From Lingula anatina (taxonomy: Eukaryota > Animalia > Brachiopoda), in assembly GCA_051362555.1 (NCBI GenBank), contig CM120640.1:69356788-69420787 (forward strand): DNA of 64,000 nt. The letters run 5' to 3'. Made by a program: the position numbers and the translations under genes. A model generated the notes under the pieces. That model was not told where the DNA came from, did not search any database, and saw only the letters and a program-made list of their open reading frames with translations. Every line of letters starts with the position of its first letter. The first letter of the stretch is position 1. This document shows, in pieces, positions 1 through 12,600 of this stretch.

Positions 1-112
1 ATAATACTGTTCACGATAATAATGATGCTTAACTTGCTCAATTTTGACATCATTAATTGGCCCTTTCACATTTTAAAATTAGATAAAAGCATTCAGTAGT
101 AAAGATACTTGC

Positions 113-3045
113 CGACTAGCTTTTCAAGTGTGTACACTGGTATTTGCTCGATGCGCTGAAAATTTAATTCTTCATAAAATATCCTTAGCTCCAAGTATTC
201 TTTTCTAAAAAGATACGGAACAATTTAATCTTGATGGAGATAAGTTCAAAGCCGTTTCAATATTTCTCTTAAATGGACAAATTAGAAAATTGATATATCT
301 TCAGGATACAATATACAAAATGCTAACAAAGATTCCACTTAGATGATCTTATTAAGATATTTTAATAGCACAGTGCTAATTTGCTCACGGTAGGCCATTT
401 TATCATTCAAGGTGTCTTTTTAAAATATCCTGTAAAAAAAAAGCACATATTTACTTTGACTTTGGGTATGTGGTGTTATGGTTATCTTTCATAATTTATA
501 AATGAAAATTTTGCGTCAAACCTGAGGTATTCCAATGGTTTATCCTGAGGGAGCTCGTCTGGAAGATGACCAATACTGAAATCTGCTGGATAGGTGGCGC
601 TGTTCAAATTCACGCTGTATTGCGTGTCTTTACATGGCGGGCGGCAGCAATGGTGGTTACGCTCTTGGTGGTACCTTTCTGAAAAAAAAATAATAAAAAA
701 CAACTTGATTTTTGCAGATTGCCAGAAACATCAACCTAGTCTATTTATAGTTAGGCCTCGTTTTTTAGACCAAAATTCTATGTAAGTATATAATTAGATG
801 TTACTAAAAATGTCTAAAACCTACCCAAGACTTCGAGAGAGCAGTTTATGACCTCAGCTATGGTGCAAACGTTCGCAGGCCCTAAAAAGGCAAAAATAGT
901 GCCGTTAATAAGAAAATTGATTAGCCTATCAATAATCCAAAATGACTATGCAAAAACTCAAATAATTAAGACTAAATTGCAGAATGGGCCAAAATGCATT
1001 TTTCATTAACGCAAGTTCATGTACATATGGCAAGATAAATAAATATGAATGCTTGTTAAATCAGCAAACACCTGCCTGGATGAAACTCCATCTTACAGCC
1101 GCATAGACTGACTAAATGCTCCATCTCACACTCCAGTTCACACGCCGAGAAGCTGTAATCGCTCGTGTGTTTCAGTGGATTAACAAACTCTGCGTCATCC
1201 GTGGCAACGCAGTTAAAGCCCTTGTAGGGTGGTGGCAAGCCGACCAGCTACAGAGATTAAAAAAAGTGTTGAATTCGACAAATGACATCAACTTTTTTGC
1301 CCTGATAATCATTTGTATGAAGAAAAGTATAAGTTAGTTTTTCTTATACTGGATACAAGCATCTTTTGGCTGATCTTTAAATATATGCGTGTCATAAACA
1401 TTTTTGAATAGTTTTGGGCATGTAGAATATTTCAAGAGCACTTATTGCCGTTCTCTTGTCGTGCTCGTCGTTTAGGCCGGGCGTCTGTTTTGTGTTGGAG
1501 AAACCAAGATTATTATCTACACGAAACTTAAATATCATACATTCATTCATTATTAATTGCTTATATGAATTATATATACATGTGTCCGATTGGGCACGGA
1601 AGGCAGCAGTATGAGGTGGCTTTATGTGTTACTGAGGGTATACAGAGTATGTTCTGGATGCACGACTGAATGCCATGTATAGCAGATATAGGAAGTAAAT
1701 TATTTTATTAAATGAAATTATGTCTGCCTTTCGTTGCATACATCCACTGTTACAAACAAACATATCACACAAAGAAATGGAAATTTGAATTTTTCTAATG
1801 TATTTGTTTGAAGTCTCACCTCCATCTTCTGTATGGGAAGGTAATTGTCCGTCCCGGGCGCCACAGCCACGCCTAAATTCTTGACCATCGGCGTTTCCTT
1901 GTGGCCATGTACCTGAACCTGTCAACAAATAGACATTATGGAGTCCATTATTATGATGACGTACTGGCAACTTCAGATTAATAAAGACTAACAGCCAAAA
2001 CTACGGACACTGAAAAATAAAAAGAACTCGTCTCGCTTGATTTTAGCTTCAAGGCCTTGGGCTCTAATTCATTTAAAACCAATGTTGACAGTGGCAGTAA
2101 AAGGAGTGTCTTTATAAAATTTATCTATTCATTTTATTTGCTCACCTTCACCCCGGCTGACATGAGGGCAGGCTGGCCAAAAGTGTACTCTTCATGCTGC
2201 ACCCTGATCCACAGCCAGAGACCATCAGTGCTACCGGCACGCTCGGTCACCATGGTACCATTACCATTAAACTGGTGACACAGTCCGAAGTCGGTTATAA
2301 CTGGACGGAAATAATCCGTGCAGTTGAAGAGTTTCCCTCGGAAGGCACACCTGACTCCCATGTCTTCCATTTGGTGGCCCCTACGCTTGAGGTTCTCCAC
2401 GACGTTCGGGTCGTTAATGAAGGCCTGTACGACCGGTGATGACAAGTTAACGCGCGCCATGTCGTCGTCCTCGTACCTCATGGTGGCTGCCACGAGAAGC
2501 TTAAACAGTTCCCCGTCCTGGGGCAGGGTGGAGTTTCTGTACCGGTTGAAATTGCACAGCGTGACTGTGGGGAAAGCAATGGGCCGGGCGTATTGCATCC
2601 CGACCCTCGTCTGGACCGGATGCTGGTCAAATTGAATGAAGGTGCGAGATATGAGAACTACACAGAGGACGTTCATGGATATCACGAGTAAAATCCATAT
2701 TAACCTAAAATAAGAAATAAACAGCATTGGTTACGAAGAGCACTATAAATGACTCTTATTAGAGATCTGGATTTAAAGGGATTTAAAATTTAGATTTTAG
2801 CCTTTTGAAAAAAAACTGCCATTTACAATACGTGATGACACGATAAAACCTAAAGTAAACGAGGAAAAGATTTCAAAAAGTGTTAATTAAGTCTACAAAA
2901 ATCGTTTTTACCTACGAACAATGTGAACATCTTTCCCGCCCAGAACGTACTGGACTCCATGCATTGTAGCATCCTGGCCAAAGCGTTCAACCGTTTCCTT
3001 CAGTCCATCACTTGAATTTTCTAAAACCTTTTTCGGTGATTCCAT
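113..3045 (-). CDS. DEG/ENaC family cation channel, ASIC/BASIC/HyNaC-like; 3' end beyond the left edge of the window
   Basis: Exons 3045-2912, 2704-2146, 1918-1820, 1247-1076, 881-825, 678-522, 204-113 splice in frame. N-terminal gating motif TMHGVQY, TM1 LIWILLVISMNVLCVVLI, FPTVTLCNFNRYR, TDFGLCHQFN, AGVKVQVH, Cys-rich thumb (YSFSACELECEMEHLVSLCGC...CCRPPC), pre-TM2 LELRIFYEELNFQRIEQ. Confidence 0.93.
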
Positions 3046-5848
3046 TCTTGTAAATTGACGTGGCACTATATCATAATTTTGCTCACTCGCAGTTGTTTTG
3101 TGGAACTGATTTAACAGTTAGGACAATTTCAACATTGCTATTGGTATTCCTACATGAAAAATAATCAGTGACAATTTCAATCTTTGACGTTTATACAGAT
3201 ATCCTGAAATTATTTCAAATAACGTTTGACATAATCATACGCCATACTTGAAGGTTCTATATACCAATAATCCAAATAGTTTCACGTAAACAATGGCCAC
3301 TGGACTAAAGCCCAAGTCACCTTTTCCAAGAAGCAATTAAACAAATGTCATGATGACTTAATAACACGACAGATCTATTGGATTATGCTTTACCATTGAG
3401 TGACCGGGTCACGTGCTTCCTTTCAGGTAATGGACCATCCAATCACCTTAGTAACGATAGCAGGTAGTCGACTGAAAGGGGAAGATAATATGCAATTAAT
3501 TGCTTGTTCTGGTTTCCCTAGAATTATTTCAGCGAATAAAGGTCTGTAAGTGGTGCTAATTTGTGCAGAATGTATCAGCAAGACCGGCGACGGCCGTGTT
3601 GCTAGCATTGTTTGGTATTTCACGTTGATTGGCGACGCAGAAACAGTCGGACGTAACAGAGTCGTCGTAAATTTTAATGACGACAGCTGCATTTAAAAGC
3701 ACTTGAATGAGCAATGGATGTACAACTTCAAGTGAATAATAAGGCGTTACTCTTAAATTCAAGTACCGAGTACCTATTGCATAATTAGTAATCGTTTACG
3801 GCATATTGGCGATGAAGGAAGCCTACCCCTACACCCGTTGCCGTTAAGTTTGAAAACACAAACAAATTGATGTCAAACGAAGAAATGCTAAAATTGCTCA
3901 ATGCATGGCAGGTCTTGTGTGTAACTGTAATATTATCTCTTATTTACACAGTTAGCTTTTGTGTTAAAAGATATAGTATTCCATCGGGAGGATTATTTTT
4001 CTGTGAAACCATTCAAATTGAATCGACTTTTGCGCATTGAAATCGCTAAATTTCATTTTTTTGTGAGAAATTCCATTCGCCAACTACTATTCTAAATCTT
4101 TACACAGGTATCATAAGCCTAATTATCGAATTATTGGACAAGATGACACAGGCACAAAAAGAGGTGATATAAGATCCATTCTATTGCTGGCCGGCCATTA
4201 GCAATGTACACATGTATCTGAACGTTTATAAACATTAAAATGTATCTGCGCATGAAACGGAAATGGAGCCGTGGCACTCGAGAGATTGAACGATTATGTC
4301 AAATATGAAATCAGGGGTGAAACAAAGGGCTCGTGAGGCATGAAGCAACATTTTCCCTACTTCCAACGACCGGAATGTCAAAAATCAATAATAAACCATT
4401 AAATTAAGGTTTTCCGACACTTCAACTTGGAAAACTAATTGCGTTTCGCCAGCGACGTACAAACCTACGTGGACTGTCGTCTTTGATGGCAAGTTAATAA
4501 GTGCATCTCTATTATGAACCACGCCTTCGTGTTGTTGGAAACAACTAATGTCTCTTCAGTGCTTTCCTCGGGCCATACGACCACCGTATGTCCTTACAGG
4601 GTCTTATTGTCTTGCTCCGAAAATGAAAAAAAAATCTTCGGTTTCTATCAGTTTCAGCTTCCAGTGTTCATATGTTCACACCCTTAAAACCTTTTCGGTC
4701 ATCTACATAAATGCCTTTATAAATTCCATCGTAACTGAAAAATTGATTTTCTTCACTTCATCAATTACCACAACCGAAGCTATTTGCTATGTTATCGCGG
4801 TTTTCCACTTTTCGCACTTATGCTAAATAATGATAATAATTATAATCAATAACGGTTGCCCTTTAAGCAGAATTCATGATGGAAAGCTTATGAACAAAAT
4901 TTTCTCCAGGTAATAGATACACAGAACCAGAAATTTACTGACTGGACAGATTGTCTGTGGCACATTATAAATGGATTTAATCCATACACCACGAAGATAG
5001 CAGTAGCCAGTTATCTTTGGGAGAAAAGTTATCGTGAACTGAACAACTAATCTAATATCTTAGGTTGACAAGGGTGGCTGTGTGTGTGGTTTTATTCCAA
5101 AATATTAACCTTTTCTTCTAAGGGGGGCTTGGTCGGCCCTTCGAATTCCTTCCTCGCTACTGTTAAACTTCATACCGCACCCTCTTTGTACAAAATGTAT
5201 GCATATCTATATATACTTATTTATGAGACCATTCTGTTTGTATCGATTGATAAATGTGGGAACAACGAAGTTTTTCGGTAAAAAGAATAAATGAATATGT
5301 TATGTCCATGGTGTCGCCTGCACTCCAGATATGTAGTTCTCATGTTCGGACATTGCAGGCGACATCGTAGTAATTTCGAGTTGAATCCCCCCCCCCCCAC
5401 CTGTTTTAATAGCCTGGAAAAATTGGGTCAAATTTTTTCTGAAGAAATTGTGAACAAGTGGTTCCAATTTAATTTCAGGGTACCTTCTGCGTACTAGATG
5501 GTGGTATATGCACAAGAAATACACAAAAAAGTGAGAGTAGGTGTTTATTTGCCATTATTTACAGGGGGTTCTTGGCTCTATACTCTAAGTTGTACAAACA
5601 TCTCCAGTCTAGAGAAAGTGCACCAGTAGAAAAAAATCCCAGATATTTTGTTCCTAAATTCAGACAAGTTTTCAACCAAGCTAACTGCAAATGTCATTAA
5701 AATCAAGATATCACTGTCACCACTTTCGATGTATTTCCATGATCAGACAAATGTTACAGTAGGTGGTTTAGAAATAATTCTTCATATTTGGTGAACCTCA
5801 CCCACTCAGGATGTTTGATATTAATAATAATAATAATAATCACAAATC

Positions 5849-5890
<42 letters not shown>

Positions 5891-6648
5891 CCGAAAAAAG
5901 CTGGCCTTTAATTTCCAATAACAAGTGTCAGTAATAGGTTTCAAACTCATCTGTCAAGTCACCTGGTAATGTTACAAAGTATCTGTCATTGAGCTTCCTC
6001 AAGGTGCAAATATTAATCATCAAAATCAAAGGCCTATAAGTTTCATACCTATTTCTAACATTAGCCAAATTAAAAGTGTTTTGCTTTTATTTGATACATT
6101 CCACCTAAGTAGCTCAGTTGAATTATCAGTCAGTCACTTCCAGATCCACTCTTCACAATCATAGCAGTCCTCTATGTACAGCTATATACAACAGAATGTG
6201 TTTAAAATATATTAAAAATACCAGAAGGTTAACATTGGCCACCATGATACAAGGATGTTTGCAAGTGAAAGATATCCCGCAGAGGTCACTGATTCCTATA
6301 CCCCAAAGATGGCACCACTAGTAGCCCAGAGAGCTTTAGAAATAGATCAGTTGACACTTGATGCAGGGTGGCCTGCTTAATAGCACAAATAAAATCATTA
6401 AGTCATACTTTATATATCATATTGTTTTTCCCCAATCTCAATGTACGCACTTGATAAATGCCATGTCTCCAATGCATTTCAAGATTCAAGAAGGATTTCC
6501 TAGCCACTGGGAACAGGTTTTTAAGTAAACTAAAAGTCACCAACATAATTCCATCCGAGGTCACATGCAGCAGAAGTGCACATGTTTTTACGAGTATGCA
6601 GCTCTATGAAGTTGTCCTCAGATTCAGCAGATCAAAATGGTTTCCTCA

Positions 6649-9600
6649 TCATAGGTATGTAGCTTTTGGGCATGGTTTAGGAATGACACTACTTCGGCAG
6701 TTTGGGCGTGTTTTGTGACCAAGGCCCTTCTGAAAAATAAAAATAAAAAATCAGCCTTTGTCCCCAGGCATTTCAGATTTGGAAGAAATGAAAATACAAT
6801 GTAATTGATCAGGATACTGCAACAGATACAAATAATACTATGACTAAGCACACTAAAAGCACAAAAAAGAAGAACCAAAAGCAAGCAGAGGTTCCCATGT
6901 GTACAAGTTTCATGGGTTGGGGTCTGGGAAGACACCTTCTCTCACTGATTGATACAACAGTAACAGGGAAATACCATGACACCCTAACTGATTGTTAATT
7001 GGGCTGGTGTCACTTTTCACGTCAATTGATATTTCAATAATGCCAACGTCACCTATTTTACCTCCACAAGGATTAATTGCCATTTAGCACTTATGCACTA
7101 TTCACTGCAAACAACTTTTCAAATGTTCTACCCATTAAGCAAAACCACTGTATTGACATAATAATTTCCATATAATCAGAAAGTCACACTATGCTTCTTA
7201 ATGTTAAAAGCTATTAAGGTATAGTTTTACAGTACAGCCATAATACAGATCACATAAAATGATTCTTTAAAAAAACGTACACTTCGGAGAAGAAGAAATT
7301 TTCTCATCTGTGTAGAGGACTTCGTTCTATAAAACAAAAACAATATCAAACATTATCCATGCAACTTACAACCACAATGTTTAAAAATACTTTCATCACT
7401 TATTTTTTTTTCAACTTGCTAGGCCAGACATAAAGATATGTAAGCTGGAATAAGATGTGAGCAGTAACAGAGGGGTGGGGTGAGGGGATGGCTGGCATGC
7501 AGTTCCACACCTCAAGGATTGTGATAAATAGAACACTTTGTGTTGGAGAATTAAACAACAGGGGAAATAAAAACATAAATAAACAAACATTTTAGCCTAT
7601 GAACAATATTCAGATTACAAAAAGTAAAAAAATTCTTATAATCTGAATAAGCTGCATGCTATTATAATATAAACAGATTATAGTCTTTGCAACAATGTCT
7701 TACTTATCTACAACAGAACAGGCTGCAGCAGTGCTATACTTGGACACAATAACACAGACTGACAATCACGACTTATTTGACATGATCCACAAACAATATA
7801 ACAGCATGGGAATCATGTCGACCTTTGCAGTAGTGCCTGGCTGTTAGGTAAGCAGAAGCCACTAGGTCACCACTAGCCTGTGAATAACCTAACAAACTAC
7901 ACGGTGCTACACATATAGGCATCACCATTACACAAATAGGCATCCCCATTCCACATATAGGCATCCATTACACATATAGGCATCGCCATTCCACATACAG
8001 GCATTCCCTTTACTAATACAGGCATCCCTATTCCACATGCAGGCATCCCCATTACACACACAAACACACCCTTTACGATTACAGGCATCCCCATTCCATG
8101 TGCAGGCATCCCTATTCCACGTGCAGGCATCCCTGTTCCACATACAGGCATCCCCATGTATGAACTTTTTCACATGTGAGTGGTTAGCACCATTATTAAG
8201 TTGGTATCAACACATGCAGTTGGCCATGCTCTACATGGACCCAACCACACCCTATCTCTCCCTCTCTCTCTCATGTAATTAACAAAGTAACAAGTATGAA
8301 GCCAAACTATCCAGCCCATAATTTTCTACAATTATTTCTTGCTGCTATCTTCTTGCAGAAGCTGTCACTGGATGATGAAATAAAGTTGGTTTCAAATGCT
8401 TCAACATTTATTTTCATAATAAGCTAACAGACAACAATTCATAGAACTTTCATCTTGATATAAAAGAGTCGGGTAAAATATGAAATCATACAATCCCTCG
8501 TTGCCACCAATGTTTATATTTTTCCACTAAATGTCATAAATTCTACATTTATCCGACGTACACATATATACTCAAGTTCACCACCAAGACAGTGTCTTGG
8601 TGGGAAATTTTAGACACCATACCAGTGACTTATCAGTGCATGCTTTCTTTCCCCACAAACAATCCACCATGCAAGTACTAGTAAGTCCATTCTTTTAACC
8701 AGCCATTAGCCACAACATACTGTTATCTGTCAACCAGGAATGAGACTAAACCCAGATTTACACTTTAAAATGTGTTGCTGTCAAATAAAAATGGAACAGT
8801 TAGCAAATGCTGAGGGAGAGAAAAAAATATACAAGAATGAAAAGATTAGCAAATTAAAGATGCAAAGTAGTGAAGCAAGGGAAGCTTTCCAGGAATAAAG
8901 TGAGAGTATTAATGATGCAGCAGCATGCACACTGCTCAGGATACAAGTTCAAATGTAATATAATTTGTTGTTATCAAACACTTTGTATAAAAAAAAGCAA
9001 CCAAAATAACAGATGAATTTTTTATCATTCAAGCTTAAACACTTTGTATATTAAACATCTTGAAGATCTTCAACACTCATAAATCACAACTTACTAGAGA
9101 CATTCAAAGAACAAAAAATGGAGAAGAGCCATCTATGCTTTGAAGTTTTTCATCAGTTTCCATTGAAGACAAAGTGTTAAAGTGCCAAAACTGACAAATA
9201 AATACATCAAAACAAAGTCATCACCTTCAATTTCAACAACTAATCTGTTAAAGATATTAATAATCCTATATCTATGTAAACTAGAAGAAAACAGAAAGCT
9301 TCCCCACAGTTAAATCACGCCAGCATCATGCAACACAAGCACTACTTACTGCAAAGTCTTGGTACGTGATTGTGGAGCCTATTGACACGGTACTTGCATT
9401 ATGAATACCTCCGACTCCTCCGCCTGCGCTCAGGGTTGTGTGACTGAAGATGTTGGACTGGTCACCCACGACATTCTGCTGGGTGTTCTCGCCCAGCACT
9501 TTGCGCTGCATACGCTGCTGTGTTGGCCGCAATCTGCGGGGGGTCTGACAAGAAAGAAGAATATGAACAGCGCTATAATTAGGATTAAGGTTCATATTAA

Positions 9601-12600
9601 TTAAGCTAATTTTGAGTCCTTTCTCCCCTTCTTAAAGAAATTCTTCAAATCTGCCCTTTCGACCTACCTTGGATGACATTGTTTTGCCAGCAGACTTTGG
9701 CGGGAGTCCAGCTGGTGAAGGGAAGACGGTGCCCCCAATCAATGTTGTAGACCGTGGTGTCTTTGTGGTGTCATTCAGCTGATACAAAAACAGGAAGTTT
9801 GAGATAACATTTCAAAAAGTGCTTGCAGCAAGGACATCATGCACCTAAAATAACTATTTACATACTACCTACCTTCATTTTCTAAAGTGAACTAATTAAA
9901 GTCCTGTTTGCACAGGTTCTCAACTCACAATGCTAAAAAAAGTTGTCCTGTGTTGAATAAGGAAACATAATGATGCAGTTGAAATAAAACATAAATAAAT
10001 ACTTAACAGAGCTAAGCAATGTATGGCTACCAGAAACACCGTACCTTTCTCATCTTGCTGTTTGGAGTCTTGGAAGGAGTGAGAAGGAACCGTCTCTTGG
10101 CAGAGGGCGTGGCTGGCTTACTGCCAAAGATCATCTCTTCCTCCGTCACCTTGGCATTTCTTTGATGCTGGGAACAAACAGACAGCATTAGTCAAAATGA
10201 GAGTGAAATCCTAAAACATCTCAAAGCTATCTTCACTTAAAATTCAAGATGTGATTTATGCTGAAATCAGTTTGTGACTGTCTGGTTAACCGATTTCCTC
10301 TCTTGTATTAAGAAAAATCCTCTTTAGTCACTTGAAGGAATTGAATGTCCATCAGATAAATGTGGCTTTTAAGAAGTCCTAAATGGACTCTAAGGAAAGG
10401 AGGATCAAAGGCTGGTAAGTCCGAGGAAAATACCATTTACCCCAGGAAAAACGTCAGCTTTGAGTTTTTCAAGGTAATATTTTATGCTCGGCAATTTTAA
10501 CACAGAGTGTAACTGCAATAAGCTCAATGCATGGTGTGAACAAAGAACTGGCCCTTACCCTTTCTAATTTCTCCCTCTCCTTCTCCAGCCTGTGGATCTC
10601 CCACTGCTGTTCAATGTAGTCCACAAACTCCACACCTCCCACTAGGAACTGTTTGCTGTGCTCTGTTTCCCACTGCTGGATGGCTGTCTTGACCTCCTGC
10701 TCCACCTGGTGGCAAGGTAACAAGGTTCAAAACTGATCACACTTTGAGGAATAGGAGAAGGGCTTGACATTTGTAAAAGTTGGGAAACGTCTGGTACATT
10801 GTGTGAGCACACCCTTAAATTTGTCTTGCACAACCAAAAGATAAATAAAAACAAACAAATAAAAATATGAACAAACAAATAAGATTAAATAAAATGCTTT
10901 AAATTTGTAGAACAAATCTACAAAACTGTTGTGCCTATTTTCAATAATTTCAGTTCCTCTCACTTTTGGTAGCTGTTTCTCTATTTTCTTCCTCTGTTTT
11001 TCCTCTTGCAGCAAAGCACCCCCTCTGTTATTGTGAAACCTGTTTGGATCTGCAGCTTTTTTCTGTAGAGACCACAAAACAAATAATGAAATAAAAATAA
11101 TTATAATGATGATAATTAATTACAAAATATTTATCTTCCAACAATCAAGGCAAAATGCATTTTGTTTTAATCTGAACAAGTAAACTTGTTTGTAATCAAC
11201 TGACAAATAGTGACAATTACTGACGGATTTTGGGCATTTGAACAAGTGTAACAATTTGATTAAGAAATAAAAAAGCACCTCAAAAACTTTGAGTTCACAC
11301 CACATTTCTTGCCACTTGTGGACCCTGTCTAGGAGAGCTTTATTCTCTTCGTAGTAATTGCGAACTTTTGATAACTCTACATCGTGTTGTTCAAGCAACT
11401 CTTCTGTAAAATTATCTGAAATGAAAGAAAATAAGGGAAGAAATGAAAAATTTAAATGTACTAAAGCAATTAAACAGGATAGTTTTTTGGATAATTTTTC
11501 TTATTGCCATCATCACACTGGGTGAAAAAGGAGTTCAATTATAAGATGTTTCAGCACCTTGAGTGTTCTTCTTTATAATCCAACTTTTAAGTTTATCATC
11601 CAAGGAAGTCAAATTCTTTTAGCTGTCTATCATCTACCAATTCAAGGTCCTAACCAACTGTAGATTGCTTCAATGCGCCAAACAATTGCAAAAACAAGTG
11701 GCAATGGCATGTAACTTTGCTTCTGATCAATGTGAGATCTTATTATCAAGCTTTACATCAATCCTTAGTACCTATGCAACAGTAAGATTTTCTTCTATAA
11801 ATTTTACTGTAAATGAAACCACATGTAACAGACTGAAGGACCCCTGGTTTTTTAACCAAAGGATGATCCATGTAGAATGTCAAGGACTTTAGAAAAAGCA
11901 ATGACACTGGTGAAAAGTGTGGAATTAAAGCAAATGAACTGATGGCTGGCTGGCATGACATTTTGAGTGCTCAGTAGTCAGCTGGGATGAAAATTGAGAA
12001 TAAAAAAAATGATACTTACCATCATTAAAAGCTGTGAACTCCTCTCTCTTCTCCTTTGAATAAAAACATTTATCCCACCAGTTGGACAGCTCTGTCCTGA
12101 TGCCTTCCACAAACCTCTGGATGTTCTGTAATTTCAGCTGTTCACAACGGGCTATTTCGTCCCGTATCTGAAGATATATTTTAAAAGCAAATTTGATACA
12201 ATAATGAATGCACAGGCACTCTCTTGGGTTGTCAGAAAAAAGAAAGTATGAAGAAAAGTCTGGGTGGCCTCATGACATAAGGTATGGGGGCAGCATGACA
12301 GGAAGAAAATACCAAGGAAAAAAAAAGCAGATAGCTGATTTAAATATATATATCTGAATAGTATACAAGTATCAATTTTCAAACATGCAAGTGAATACTT
12401 ACTGCCTGTATGACTTTGGGTTTAATGCCTTTGTTAGCTTCTTTAAAAGCACTCCTCTCCTCCTGTGGAATAACCAGGCGGTCCCAAAGCCAAAACAGCT
12501 GCTCATTTAACTTTTCCACAAGATCTTGGGCATCTTGCTTTTTCTGTGAGAGCTGCATGAAACAAATTATAGTTTCACCTTATTAAAATGATTTGAAATA

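Noticed and set aside
3400-3415. Palindrome GTGACCGGGTCAC overlapping a CACGTG E-box
   Set aside because: Single short motif with no TSS or conservation evidence.
4630-4820. IRF/ISRE-like TTTC-NN-TTTC motifs upstream of the channel gene
   Set aside because: Only partial matches in AT-rich DNA; expected by chance.
7773-8282. Repetitive Cys/Met/Gly-rich ORFs on both strands
   Set aside because: Translations of a 21-bp intronic minisatellite; no splice or promoter support.
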